The position numbers and the translations under genes are program-made. Under the pieces are notes generated by a model. That model was not told the DNA's origin. It ran no database searches and saw only the letters and a list, made by a program, of their open reading frames with translations. Positions 1-10,061 of a stretch of 64,000 bases of DNA are shown here, in pieces. The DNA is from a virus. Where the stretch lies: positions 18,745-82,744 of IMG/VR virus record IMGVR_UViG_3300028840_002702. One strand, given 5' to 3'. Each line of letters starts with the position of its first letter. Positions within the stretch are counted from its first letter, which is position 1.

Positions 1-2
1 CC

Positions 3-311
3 GAAATTGCCGAGATATTAAATAACCAAGGATTTGATGTAATTTGTACGTTTATAACACCTCAATATTCACATCATAAGCTTTTACGTTCTCTTATTAC
101 TAGAATTAAATTAATTCATATTGATACTCCTGTAAAAATTTGTGAAGAAAGAGATATTAAAGGTATGTGGGCAAAAGCTAAACAGGGAAAAATTAAAGGT
201 TTTACTGGATATGATTCATGTTTTGAAATTCCCAATGCTGATTTACGTATAGATACAACACAATCGATCGAAAAATGTGTTAAAGAAATTTTTAAAATAT
301 ATGAAGGCTAA
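3..311 (+). CDS. cysC: Adenylyl-sulfate (APS) kinase, 5'-truncated by the window edge
   Basis: My translation of frame 3 gives ...DVICTFITP...HIDTPVKICEERDIKGMWAKAKQGKIKGFTGYDSCFEIP...; this matches the CysC C-terminal signature (CE.RD.KGL/M..A..G.I..FTG). Stop at 309-311. Confidence 0.88.
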   Translation, partial: EIAEILNNQGFDVICTFITPQYSHHKLLRSLITRIKLIHIDTPVKICEERDIKGMWAKAKQGKIKGFTGYDSCFEIPNADLRIDTTQSIEKCVKEIFKIYEG

Positions 312-313
312 AA

Positions 314-895
314 ATGAAAAAATATACAATTAAATTAGCAAATAAAAATGGAGAGATGTCACAAGACTCCATGCATGCTAATGATGAAAATGAATTACGT
401 ATGCTTGCAAAAATGCAGGGTATGGAACTTGTAGAAATTATGGATGAACAGGATTTAACTTTTGAAAATGTAGCTAATGTTAAATTAGATGAAAATCTTC
501 TCGATGAAAATGGTAAACTTAAACCAATGACCATCGAACAACAAGCTATGGCTGAATTAGCAGCTGAAACTAATCCTGAACTTGCAGCTCAGCTTCCACC
601 TGAAATGCGTCCTATGCAACGTGATTCTCAAGGAAATTTAATATCACCACCTCCACCACAAGTTACAGTTGCATCGAAAAAAGAAAAAGCAACTTTTTAT
701 ACTGACAAAACAACTGGTATAGAGTTTAAATTTGTTGGTGATACTGTCTATCGTAAAGATTGGATTGAAGCTGATACCGATGATTTCAAAATCATTAGAA
801 AAAAATCTAGTAGACAAATTCCAAATGAAGAAATTATTGTTTTTAAACACGATTGGATTGAAATAGAAGAAGAAAGCGGAGACGAAGATGAGTAA
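314..895 (+). CDS. Hypothetical protein; N-terminus weakly resembles the PilC/GspF N-terminal beta-beta-alpha module
   Basis: 193-aa ORF; begins MKKYTIKLANKNGEMSQDSMHANDENELRMLAKMQGM; has a Pro-rich linker. Confidence 0.6.
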   Translation: MKKYTIKLANKNGEMSQDSMHANDENELRMLAKMQGMELVEIMDEQDLTFENVANVKLDENLLDENGKLKPMTIEQQAMAELAAETNPELAAQLPPEMRPMQRDSQGNLISPPPPQVTVASKKEKATFYTDKTTGIEFKFVGDTVYRKDWIEADTDDFKIIRKKSSRQIPNEEIIVFKHDWIEIEEESGDEDE

Positions 896-1709
896 AATTG
901 GCATCGGAATAATTACATGTAACAGAGAAGATTTTTTACAGACTTCATATATGTCTGTTGCAGTATCTTCTGCTATTCAATTACATGATTGTTTCGTTGT
1001 TAATGATGGTGATCCACTTAGTGATGAAACAAGAAACATTATTGGACTAAGTGATGATAACCTTATTCAACATAAGAAAAATTGCGGTGTTGCAGTATCT
1101 AAAAATAACGCATTAAAACGCATGATGGATAATGGCTGTGATCATTTATTTCTAATGGAAGATGATATCAAGTTAACTAATATTTCAACTATTCCAAAAT
1201 ATATTGAAGTTGCAGAAAAGTCTGGTATTCAACATCTTAACTACGGCGGTCATGGAATTTATAATAGAACTAAACAAGGTGAAATTGTAACTCGTGCGAC
1301 TGTTAAAGTTAAAGATAGTGATATTAGTTTAAATCTTTACTATAATATTCTTGGTGCTTTTTCGTATTATTCAAGAGAAGTAATTGAAAAAGTTGGTTAT
1401 ATGGACGAAACTTTTCATAATGCTATGGAACATGTTGATCATACATATCAGATTATTAAAGCAGGATTTCATCCTCCATATTGGTGGTTTGCTGATCTTG
1501 CTAATAGCTGGGAATATATCGATGATATTAAACCATTCCATCAAGAAAGTGTAATTAGAAAAAATCATGATGAGTGGATGGAGAATTATAAAATTGCTTC
1601 AGAATATTTTGCAACTAAAAATGGTCACTTTCCAACAGCTGTTCCTGATCCTGGACAAGCTGTTGTTGGACAATCACTTAAATTTTTGAGAGATAAATAT
1701 GGAAATTAA
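888..1709 (+). CDS. Glycosyltransferase family 2 (GT-A fold)
   Basis: IGIGIITCNR, VVNDG, GVAVSKN, FLMEDDI, VGYMDETF..EHVD motifs. Confidence 0.85.
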   Translation: MSKIGIGIITCNREDFLQTSYMSVAVSSAIQLHDCFVVNDGDPLSDETRNIIGLSDDNLIQHKKNCGVAVSKNNALKRMMDNGCDHLFLMEDDIKLTNISTIPKYIEVAEKSGIQHLNYGGHGIYNRTKQGEIVTRATVKVKDSDISLNLYYNILGAFSYYSREVIEKVGYMDETFHNAMEHVDHTYQIIKAGFHPPYWWFADLANSWEYIDDIKPFHQESVIRKNHDEWMENYKIASEYFATKNGHFPTAVPDPGQAVVGQSLKFLRDKYGN

Positions 1710-2478
1710 AAGTAAAATTGGTGTTGGAATAATTACTTATAAACGTGAAAAAATGTTTAATGAAACATTAGACACAATTCCACGCGATAAAGTTCACCAT
1801 ATCGTAGCTGTTAATGACAGCCCTGATGTTAAATATAACTTTGAAGATAAAGATGTTCAGTATATAGAAAATAAAGTTAATCAAGGTGTTGGTATCTCAA
1901 AAAATATTGCTTTGACTAAGCTTATTAATGCTGGATGTACTCATCTTTTTATTATTGAAGACGACATTCTAATTAAAGATCCAGATGTATTTGAATATTT
2001 TATTAAATGTGCAGCAGAATCTGGAATTTGGCATTTGAATTATGGTCATACCGGATCAAAACAAATAATTCATAGAAAGAAATATGACGAACAAGAATTG
2101 ATATTCTATCCAGATCCTCAGGGTGGATTTCAATATTTTCATATCACATTGATTAATAAGTTTAAAGGTTTTGATCCAGTGTATAAGAATGCATTTGAAC
2201 ATGCAGATTATACTTATGTGTTAACAAAGGCTGGATTAATGCCACCATTTTGGTGTTTTCCTTGTCCAGCAGAACCTGAAAATTACATAGAAATTAATGG
2301 AGATTATGAAGAATCTACCATTACTGATAAACCTATGTATAAAGAAAATTATAGTACGTCGGCACAACACTGGGTTCAAAAACATGGATCTTTTGTCTCG
2401 GCAATTCCAAGACCAACTATAAATGATGTTGAAATAAGCCTTAAAAAAATTAAAGAAATGTATAGCGTGGGAAAATAA
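1699..2478 (+). CDS. Glycosyltransferase family 2, paralog of the upstream gene
   Basis: IGVGIITYKR, GVGISKN, FIIEDDI, GFDPVY..FEHAD. Confidence 0.85.
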   Translation: MEIKSKIGVGIITYKREKMFNETLDTIPRDKVHHIVAVNDSPDVKYNFEDKDVQYIENKVNQGVGISKNIALTKLINAGCTHLFIIEDDILIKDPDVFEYFIKCAAESGIWHLNYGHTGSKQIIHRKKYDEQELIFYPDPQGGFQYFHITLINKFKGFDPVYKNAFEHADYTYVLTKAGLMPPFWCFPCPAEPENYIEINGDYEESTITDKPMYKENYSTSAQHWVQKHGSFVSAIPRPTINDVEISLKKIKEMYSVGK

Positions 2479-2479
2479 A

Positions 2480-3940
2480 ATGATTGATTTTTCAAATGTA
2501 ACATTTATATATCACTATAGAAAAGACTGTGACGAACGTCTTGAAAATTTAAAGATTTCACTTGGATATTACAAAGAGCATTTTAAAGATGTTGAAGTAA
2601 TTTTAGTAGAAGATGATAAAGCATTAACTATTGATAAAGAAAAAGAACTTATGTCTATGATTGATAAAGTATTCTTTTTGAAAAATAGTGGTGTTTATGC
2701 TCGACCAGCTAGTTATAATGTTGCTGCTAAGTTATCTACTAGACCAATTATTATGACTATGGATACTGATGTTATTCTTAAACCTGAATATCTTGAAAAA
2801 GCTATTAAACTTCTTGATAATGAAAAAATTGGTATGATTATTCCTTATAATGGCATTGTGATTAATACTGATCAAACAATTAAAGATAAGTTTAAAGAAA
2901 ATGCTAATTATGATATTCTATTAGATTATGTTCCAAAGCAATTTGATATTCTTTATAAAGAAGAACATACTCAAATTCAACACAATAGAAGTGTTGGCGG
3001 TATTACAATTTTTAAGAAAGACCGTTACAATGATTTTGGTGGTTATAATCCAAACTTTCTTGGTTGGGGATTTGAAGACAATGAACTTGTTTGCCGTATT
3101 AAGAAAATGGGTTATGAAATTGGTCGTATTAATAATAAAGATGCTTGGATTTGGCATTTAACTCATCCTGGAACAATTAAAAATAATCATCCATTCTATG
3201 ATAATAATCAAAAAATTAATAATGCGGTTACTCGAATGAATAAAGAAGAATTGCGTTTATATATTGATTCTTGGATGAAAAATGCAAGTGCTGAATTTGC
3301 TGAAATGATTAAAGGAAAACGTGTTGCAGTTGTTGGTCCAGCACCTCATATTGTTGGATCTAAACAACGTGAACTTATTGATTCTTATGATATTGTTGTA
3401 CGTATCAATAAAGCTCTTCCAATTCCAGAACATTTACAAGTTGATATTGGAACAAAAACTGATCTTCTTTATAATTGTCTTAATACTTGGGATGAATGTG
3501 GCGGAGCATATAATATTGATCTTTGGAAAAAAAGTGGAGCTCAATGGGTTATTTGCCCATATCCACCAATTAAACCATTTGATGTTGATATCAAAAAATT
3601 TATAAATCATAATAATAATCGTATTCCATTTAGACATTTTCCAATTGGTCCATATAATGAGTTATTTAAAACTTTAGGTACACGACCAAATTCTGGTTAT
3701 TTGGCAATTCTTGATTTATTAATGTATGATATTGAAGAACTTTATATTACAGGATTTTCCTTCTTTAAAGGTGGCTATTATCCAGAATATAGACAAAAGA
3801 ATGAACAACAAGTAATGGACTTTATGTCTAAAGGATGTGGTCACAAACAAGGTCCACAGATTGAACATTTTAAAGCTTTAATGAGAAAAGATAGTCGAAT
3901 TAAAGTTGATGATTATTTAAAGGATATGTTAAATGATTAA
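2480..3940 (+). CDS. Fusion of a GT2/GT7-type galactosyltransferase and a GT29 sialyltransferase-like domain
   Basis: N-half has MDTD and GGYNPNFLGWGFEDNE; C-half has sialylmotif-L-like KRVAVVGPAP..IDSYDIVVRIN and motif-S-like RPNSG...LYITGF. Confidence 0.8.
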   Translation: MIDFSNVTFIYHYRKDCDERLENLKISLGYYKEHFKDVEVILVEDDKALTIDKEKELMSMIDKVFFLKNSGVYARPASYNVAAKLSTRPIIMTMDTDVILKPEYLEKAIKLLDNEKIGMIIPYNGIVINTDQTIKDKFKENANYDILLDYVPKQFDILYKEEHTQIQHNRSVGGITIFKKDRYNDFGGYNPNFLGWGFEDNELVCRIKKMGYEIGRINNKDAWIWHLTHPGTIKNNHPFYDNNQKINNAVTRMNKEELRLYIDSWMKNASAEFAEMIKGKRVAVVGPAPHIVGSKQRELIDSYDIVVRINKALPIPEHLQVDIGTKTDLLYNCLNTWDECGGAYNIDLWKKSGAQWVICPYPPIKPFDVDIKKFINHNNNRIPFRHFPIGPYNELFKTLGTRPNSGYLAILDLLMYDIEELYITGFSFFKGGYYPEYRQKNEQQVMDFMSKGCGHKQGPQIEHFKALMRKDSRIKVDDYLKDMLND

Positions 3941-4580
3941 AAATACATTAAAGATAAATATAGATTTATCAACAGCTACCAAATATGATAAACTTATAGG
4001 AAATTTAAGTAAAAATATGTATGGAAGAATATGTGAAGCCCCAGCAGTTCATATTCTTCCAATAATAAAAGATTATATGGGAGATAAATGTAAAGTTTAT
4101 GTTGAAACTGGATCTTTATTCGGAGGATCTTTAATATTATTAATGCAAGATGAAACACCATGTGAATTTATTGGTATTGATTTATTTGATGGTTATTACG
4201 ATAAAGATATAGATCCAGTATCAAAATTAACTTTATGTGTAGATGATGTTCATAAAAATATTGAAAAATATAATAAACATGAACATAAATATACTCTTAT
4301 TAAAGGAAGTTCATATGATCTAAACACTGTAGAAAAATTTAGAAGTTTAGGAAAAAGTATTGATCTATTATTTATTGACGGAGATCATTCTGAAATAGGT
4401 GTTCTTGGTGATTATAATTCTTATAAGGAATTTGTAAATAAAGACGGATTAATTATGTTCGATAATTATGAATCATGTTGGAAAGAAGTAAAACCAACAG
4501 TTGATTCAATTGATTTTGAAAATGATGGATTTCAAAAAATAGGTCAATATGGACAAGCATTAATAGTTAAGAAAAAATGA
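3933..4580 (+). CDS. Class I SAM-dependent methyltransferase (Methyltransf_24-like)
   Basis: VETGSLFGGS, IGIDLF, DLLFIDGDHS, LIMFDNY. Confidence 0.85.
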   Translation: MIKNTLKINIDLSTATKYDKLIGNLSKNMYGRICEAPAVHILPIIKDYMGDKCKVYVETGSLFGGSLILLMQDETPCEFIGIDLFDGYYDKDIDPVSKLTLCVDDVHKNIEKYNKHEHKYTLIKGSSYDLNTVEKFRSLGKSIDLLFIDGDHSEIGVLGDYNSYKEFVNKDGLIMFDNYESCWKEVKPTVDSIDFENDGFQKIGQYGQALIVKKK

Positions 4581-5275
4581 GTTATACATTAAAAATATAT
4601 GGTGAAAGATGTTCTGGTACTAATTATCTTAAAGAGCTTTTAAAGAAAAATATCAAAGAACAAGTTTATATGCATACAGATAAAAATCATATAGTTAATT
4701 ATTGGAAACATGCATGTCCTGAAGAAATTAAAAGTACCGAACGTTTTACAGTAAAAGGCGATAAAATTTTATATATTTTTATCATACGTGAGTTAGATTC
4801 ATGGTTAAAATCATTTTTCAAATATCAATATCATCTTGTAAAGAAAAAATATTTTAAACAATTTGTAAAAGATCCATTTGTTGTTAAACATACACATAAA
4901 GACTATTTTTCAAATAAGTCTATTAATTTTGATGATGAAGATAAAACAGTTTTTGAATTAAGATATTATAAGATAAATTCTTATTTAGAATTTGCAAAAA
5001 CACACGATTGTATTTTTGTTAATCTTTATTGGTTGCAACAAAATTATAAGAAATTTTTTGATATAATAAAAGAAAATTTTTCTGATATTAGAATTAATGA
5101 AAATATTGTAAATATTGATAAACATACAAAAACAAAAAATTCTATTAAAAATAGAACATATAATGATATTGATATAGAAGAAGTAAGAAATTTAATATCA
5201 AATCAGACTGATAAAATTATGGAAGATTTTGTAAATAATTTAACTTATAAAATAGAGAAAAATGGAGAGAAATAA
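4577..5275 (+). CDS. Sulfotransferase-like protein
   Basis: N-terminal PAPS-binding-loop-like IYGERCSGTNYL; 3'-phosphate-binding-like FIIRE..SWLKS. Confidence 0.6.
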   Translation: MSYTLKIYGERCSGTNYLKELLKKNIKEQVYMHTDKNHIVNYWKHACPEEIKSTERFTVKGDKILYIFIIRELDSWLKSFFKYQYHLVKKKYFKQFVKDPFVVKHTHKDYFSNKSINFDDEDKTVFELRYYKINSYLEFAKTHDCIFVNLYWLQQNYKKFFDIIKENFSDIRINENIVNIDKHTKTKNSIKNRTYNDIDIEEVRNLISNQTDKIMEDFVNNLTYKIEKNGEK

Positions 5276-6282
5276 TGAAACCAATTATTACATTATTGGG
5301 TTATACAGGATCAAATCATTCACATTATTGGCCACAGCTAAGATTTTTTGACGTTTTTAAACATGCTGGTTATGATGTTGAATGGGTAAATATGAATGAA
5401 GTTCGCCAGACAAATCGCCCAAGAATTTATATTACATGGAATCAACCTGCATGTGATATAGTCGTTGCAAGAGGTCTTTATAACCATAAGCGTGGAGATG
5501 TAATTATTCAGAAATTAACTTCACTTGGAGCTGGTGATGATCATGTTAATTGGGGAAATGATGCAATGGGTTTCTTCCAAAAATGGTCTTGGAATACTTA
5601 TAAACGTGTAGAATATTTTTATGATATGGGTGTAAATATTCATGCTTTTGGTTGTAAAACAGTATCTGAACCATTTCCTGAAAAACATCGTATAGTATCA
5701 AAACTTGGTGATAGAGTTCATTGGTTTAATTGGGGTCCTTGTCTTTATGATTATAATGAACTTCAAAATATGAAACCAATTATAACTGATTTTAAATATG
5801 ATATTGGTTATGTTGGAATGAAGTGGGGATCAGTTGGTCGTGGAAATATTGATTCATGGGAAACTTATATTGATCCATTAGTAAAAGAATTTTCAAATAA
5901 TGCTTTAGCTGGTGCTGGAAATCCAATGGGTCAAGTTAGTAATGAAGTTCATAAAGAAATTTTAACACAGTCTAGATTATGTCCAATTATGCACTGTCCT
6001 TCATGGATTGCAGAACAAGGTTGCCAAGATAGAACATATACTGTATTTGCATCTGGTAGATTTGGTGTTATTGATAATCCAGGAATTTACGAGTTCTTCG
6101 ATGAAAAAGAAGTTGTATGTGAAACAGATCCGGGTGAATATTTTGAGAAATCAAAATACTTTGCTAATAATATAGATGCACAGATTCCTTATATTGAAAC
6201 ATTCCAAAAACGTATTAAGGAAGAGCTTAATTTCTATGTCACATGGCCTAGAATTATAGAAAAGGTTTGGAAGGAAAATTAA
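5275..6282 (+). CDS. Glycosyltransferase (GT-B, CgeB/GT1-like C-terminal domain)
   Basis: YDIGYVG; DRTYTVFASG-F-VIDN; C-terminal GT-B pattern. Confidence 0.65.
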   Translation: MKPIITLLGYTGSNHSHYWPQLRFFDVFKHAGYDVEWVNMNEVRQTNRPRIYITWNQPACDIVVARGLYNHKRGDVIIQKLTSLGAGDDHVNWGNDAMGFFQKWSWNTYKRVEYFYDMGVNIHAFGCKTVSEPFPEKHRIVSKLGDRVHWFNWGPCLYDYNELQNMKPIITDFKYDIGYVGMKWGSVGRGNIDSWETYIDPLVKEFSNNALAGAGNPMGQVSNEVHKEILTQSRLCPIMHCPSWIAEQGCQDRTYTVFASGRFGVIDNPGIYEFFDEKEVVCETDPGEYFEKSKYFANNIDAQIPYIETFQKRIKEELNFYVTWPRIIEKVWKEN

Positions 6283-6283
6283 G

Positions 6284-7093
6284 ATGAGTTTAATAAGTCA
6301 AAAAGAATATGATAAACTTCCAAATAAAGAAGATTATACTGCTCTATCAGGTGTTATTCCATTAAATAACGAAATAGTTTATATACATAATGACGAAATT
6401 ATAGTAGATCAAGATACATATCATAACTGTAATTGTATGTCTGTTGCTACTGGTGACGAAACATTCGAAGAAGAATTTTCAATGAGAACTTTTCCTCCAT
6501 CATTAAACGATAATGAATGGTGGAGGATTGGTGAGGATCCAGATCCTATAAAACAAAAGTTAAAACTACATCTAGGTTGTGGTAATAAACATATTGACGG
6601 TTATACAAATATCGATTGTAGATATCAACCAGGTGTAGATAAAATTGATAATGTTCAATATCTTCGTAGTTATAAAGAATGTAGCATAGATGAAATTTAT
6701 GCTTGTCATGTTCTTGAACATGTTGGCAGATGGAATTATCTAGATACGCTTAAACGTTGGTTTAATCTTTTAAAACCTGGTGCTAAACTTTATATTGCAG
6801 TTCCTGATTTTGAAGCGATTGCCGAATATTATATCAAAAATAAGAAAAGTCAACAAGATATTATTGGTCTTCTTTACGGCGGTCAAGATTACGAAGGTAA
6901 TATTCATACATACTGTTGGGACTTTAAACAACTTTCAATTGATTTAGCTTCTCTTGGATTTAAAGATATTAAACGTTATGATTGGCGAGAAACTGATCAT
7001 GCACATATTGACGATTTTTCTCAATGTTACTTGCCTCATATGGACAAAGAAAACGGAACATTAATGAGTTTAAATGTGGTTGCAACAAAATGA
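6284..7093 (+). CDS. SAM-dependent methyltransferase with N-terminal extension
   Basis: KLHLGCG, YTNID, HVLEH, LKPGAKLYIAVPD. Confidence 0.85.
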   Translation: MSLISQKEYDKLPNKEDYTALSGVIPLNNEIVYIHNDEIIVDQDTYHNCNCMSVATGDETFEEEFSMRTFPPSLNDNEWWRIGEDPDPIKQKLKLHLGCGNKHIDGYTNIDCRYQPGVDKIDNVQYLRSYKECSIDEIYACHVLEHVGRWNYLDTLKRWFNLLKPGAKLYIAVPDFEAIAEYYIKNKKSQQDIIGLLYGGQDYEGNIHTYCWDFKQLSIDLASLGFKDIKRYDWRETDHAHIDDFSQCYLPHMDKENGTLMSLNVVATK

Positions 7094-7950
7094 TTAGAGT
7101 AGCACTTAAAAATTTTTGGAAAACATGTCCAAATGAAAAGTTTGCGATGGATATGTTGGCACCAATGCAAAATGATTTCGATATTGTTTACGACGAAGAA
7201 AATCCTGATATCGAAATCTGCTCTACTTTTGGCACTGAACCTCTTAATCCAAAAATTATTAGTGTTTTTTGGGCTATGGAAGGTATCTGGGATATTAAAA
7301 AGTTCGATATATCAAAGTATGATTATGCATTTTACTTCTTTCCAGAATCTATGGTCAATGATCCTAAATATTGTAGAATTAATATGGTTTCACCAGGACT
7401 AGTTGGTCCACGAAATATTAATATTAACGAAGTAAAATTAACACATACTAAATTTTGCAATTTTATTTATAGTCATCCTGTTCCATTTAGAAACGAAATG
7501 TGTGGGGTAATATCTCAATATAAACGTGTAGATGCACCCGGATGTTGTATGAATAATATGGAACCAATTGGAAAACATAGTGATCCATGGACAAGTAGAA
7601 ATTCTAGTTCTTGGGTAAATGAAAAATTTGAGTTTCTTAAGCAATATAAATTTACAATTGCATGTGAAAATCATAGTCTTCCAGGATATGTTACTGAAAA
7701 AATTATTCAACCATTAAATGCAAATAGCATTCCGCTATATTGGGGTAATCCATATATCGCTTTAGATTATAATCCAAAAGCTTTTATTAATTATTATGAC
7801 TTTGGAAATATGATTGATTTTGTCAAAAAAATCAAAGAAGTCGATAATGATAATAAATTGTATGAAGCAATGCTACATGAACCAAAAGCATTTCAGCATA
7901 ATCAACAACGTAGTATAGATCATTGGGCAAAAATTTTGTTATCAGTTTAG
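7090..7950 (+). CDS. GT10 alpha-1,3/4-fucosyltransferase-like protein
   Basis: FCNFIYSH, YKFTIACEN..PGYVTEKI, IPLYWG; ATG at 7090 overlaps the upstream stop. Confidence 0.85.
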   Translation: MIRVALKNFWKTCPNEKFAMDMLAPMQNDFDIVYDEENPDIEICSTFGTEPLNPKIISVFWAMEGIWDIKKFDISKYDYAFYFFPESMVNDPKYCRINMVSPGLVGPRNININEVKLTHTKFCNFIYSHPVPFRNEMCGVISQYKRVDAPGCCMNNMEPIGKHSDPWTSRNSSSWVNEKFEFLKQYKFTIACENHSLPGYVTEKIIQPLNANSIPLYWGNPYIALDYNPKAFINYYDFGNMIDFVKKIKEVDNDNKLYEAMLHEPKAFQHNQQRSIDHWAKILLSV

Positions 7951-7978
7951 TTTACATTGAAAAAAATTAGATTATAAT
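7951..7978 (+). promoter_or_regulatory. sigma70-like promoter
   Basis: TTTACA-N16-TATAAT upstream of GAGG RBS and ATG 7995. Confidence 0.6.
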
Positions 7979-7994
7979 AATCAAAGAGGTTAAT

Positions 7995-8813
7995 ATGATC
8001 AAAATAAAATTTCATGCAAACTGGCGGCCAGATGATTATGTCTTCAACTGGATTTCTAAATATACAGCCAACGGTACAACGTGGGGAGATCTTCAACTTG
8101 TTTCTGGTAATGATTATGATTATTTAGTTATTATGAATTACCCAACTAGTGGATATAAATTCGATCCAAAACGTGCAATCTTTCTACAAACCGAAGCTCC
8201 TGATATTAGACGTAATTGGGGTAAATGGAATGATTCTATGGATAAATCTCCATACTTTTATGTCTATCCTTTCCCAACTGTATTTGGTTGGTCGATGAAT
8301 ATTTCTTACCAAGAACTTCAAGAAAAAGAATTTGATAAAATTTCCGTTATGTCTGGTGTTATTTCTAATAAGAATCACTTTTATGGACAAAAACGACGTC
8401 TTGAATTTGTTAACAAATATTTGAAAAACAAAGATTATTACACTGCATTTGGTCGTGGTAATGGACTACCAACTGTTGATAAAAGTGAAGCTTTATATGA
8501 TTACAAATATACTTTTAATGTAGAAAACCAATTTGAGAAAAATTTTATTACTGAAAAACTTCATGATGGATTTATTGCAGAATGTTTAACTTTTTATGAC
8601 GGTTGTCCAAATACTGAAGATTTTTATGATGACGACGCATATATCAGAATTGATATTTCCGATTATGATAAAACTATTACAATTATCGAACAAGCAATTG
8701 AAGATAATGAATGGCAAAAGCGTCTTGAAAAAATTAAACAAATGAAATATAGAATTATGAATGAATTACAACCAATGCCTTTGGTTGAAAAAATTATTAA
8801 GGAAAATCAATAA
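7995..8813 (+). CDS. GT10 fucosyltransferase-like protein
   Basis: YKYTFNVEN..NFITEKLHD, FYDGCPN. Confidence 0.8.
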   Translation: MIKIKFHANWRPDDYVFNWISKYTANGTTWGDLQLVSGNDYDYLVIMNYPTSGYKFDPKRAIFLQTEAPDIRRNWGKWNDSMDKSPYFYVYPFPTVFGWSMNISYQELQEKEFDKISVMSGVISNKNHFYGQKRRLEFVNKYLKNKDYYTAFGRGNGLPTVDKSEALYDYKYTFNVENQFEKNFITEKLHDGFIAECLTFYDGCPNTEDFYDDDAYIRIDISDYDKTITIIEQAIEDNEWQKRLEKIKQMKYRIMNELQPMPLVEKIIKENQ

Positions 8814-8814
8814 T

Positions 8815-9399
8815 ATGCATGGACATATTTTAATACTCGAAAATAAAGATACTATGAAAGACAATATTGTTGGTGGTATTTTGGTAGAAATTGGATCTGA
8901 TAGAGCATCTGGATCTACTAAAGCATTAGCTCAAATGGCTAAAGAATTTGATATGGATTTCTATACTGTTGATCCAGACGAAGGTGCGTATGAACGTTCA
9001 ACAAATATTCTTAAAAATATTGATGAAGATTTTAAAGCTGTACAAGATCTTGGTGAAAATTTCTTAGATAAATTTGATGGTGAAATTAATTTGATTTATA
9101 TGGATGCGTTTGATAATGTATTAGAAAATTGGCCACATAAACAAGCAACAATTGATACTTATAAGAAACGTGGTGTTGATCTTAATAATGAAAATTCTTG
9201 GAAAATGCATCTAGAGGCATGTCAAAATGCGATTGATAAAATTCCAGTTGGATGCTATATTTGTTTTGATGATACAGTTCAACGTGGCAATGAATGGGAA
9301 GGCAAAGGTAAATTAGCAATTCCATTCTTATTAAAAAATGGTTTTGATATTATTGATAATGACTATAATAATTGTCTAATACTTCAGAAGGAAAAATAA
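8815..9399 (+). CDS. Putative class I methyltransferase
   Basis: LVEIGS..GST, YTVD, LIYMDAFD, ICFDD..GKG. Confidence 0.7.
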   Translation: MHGHILILENKDTMKDNIVGGILVEIGSDRASGSTKALAQMAKEFDMDFYTVDPDEGAYERSTNILKNIDEDFKAVQDLGENFLDKFDGEINLIYMDAFDNVLENWPHKQATIDTYKKRGVDLNNENSWKMHLEACQNAIDKIPVGCYICFDDTVQRGNEWEGKGKLAIPFLLKNGFDIIDNDYNNCLILQKEK

Positions 9400-10061
9400 T
9401 GGCCCATAAAATTTTTATTCCAATTAAGGCGGAATCGCAAAGAGTACCTGGAAAAAATTTCAGAGATTTTCATGGTAAACCTTTATGGAAACATACATTA
9501 GATAAATTAGTAGATTATGATGTATACGTAGATACAGATTCTGGTGTTTTAGTAAGAGAACTTGAAGAAACATACGAAAATGTAACTGTAATTCCAAGAC
9601 GTCAAATGCATATAGGAAATGATGTTCCTGTTAATTGGTTGCTTGGTTATTTTGCAAATGAATGTCATGAAGACGATATCGTAGCACAAGTTCACGTAAC
9701 ATCTCCATTCTTAAAAGCTGAAACGCTTGATAAAATATTTAAAATGTTTGAAGGTGGTGGAGTTGATTCAGTAGCAACTGTTGATGTTATTCAAGCAAGA
9801 TGTTGGCGAACAGAAGCACCGAAAAGATTTATTCCAATTAACCATGATCCAGAGATTCTTGAACAAACACAAGATATTAATCCTGTTTATGTTGAGAATT
9901 CTTTAGTTTATGCGTTTCATGTTAGTCATTTTTTGAATACGCGAAATAGATTTAGTGGAGCTTATAAGCTCTTTTATGAAACACAATTTCCTGAAAGTTT
10001 AGATATTGATACAGAAGCAGATTGGGATTTGTGTGTTAAAATGGGAGAAATTTACAAATGA
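9399..10061 (+). CDS. neuA: Acylneuraminate (CMP-ulosonic acid) cytidylyltransferase, NeuA-like
   Basis: IPIKAESQRVPGKN..GKPL, VDTDS, HVTSPFL, SLDIDTEADW. Confidence 0.85.
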   Translation: MAHKIFIPIKAESQRVPGKNFRDFHGKPLWKHTLDKLVDYDVYVDTDSGVLVRELEETYENVTVIPRRQMHIGNDVPVNWLLGYFANECHEDDIVAQVHVTSPFLKAETLDKIFKMFEGGGVDSVATVDVIQARCWRTEAPKRFIPINHDPEILEQTQDINPVYVENSLVYAFHVSHFLNTRNRFSGAYKLFYETQFPESLDIDTEADWDLCVKMGEIYK

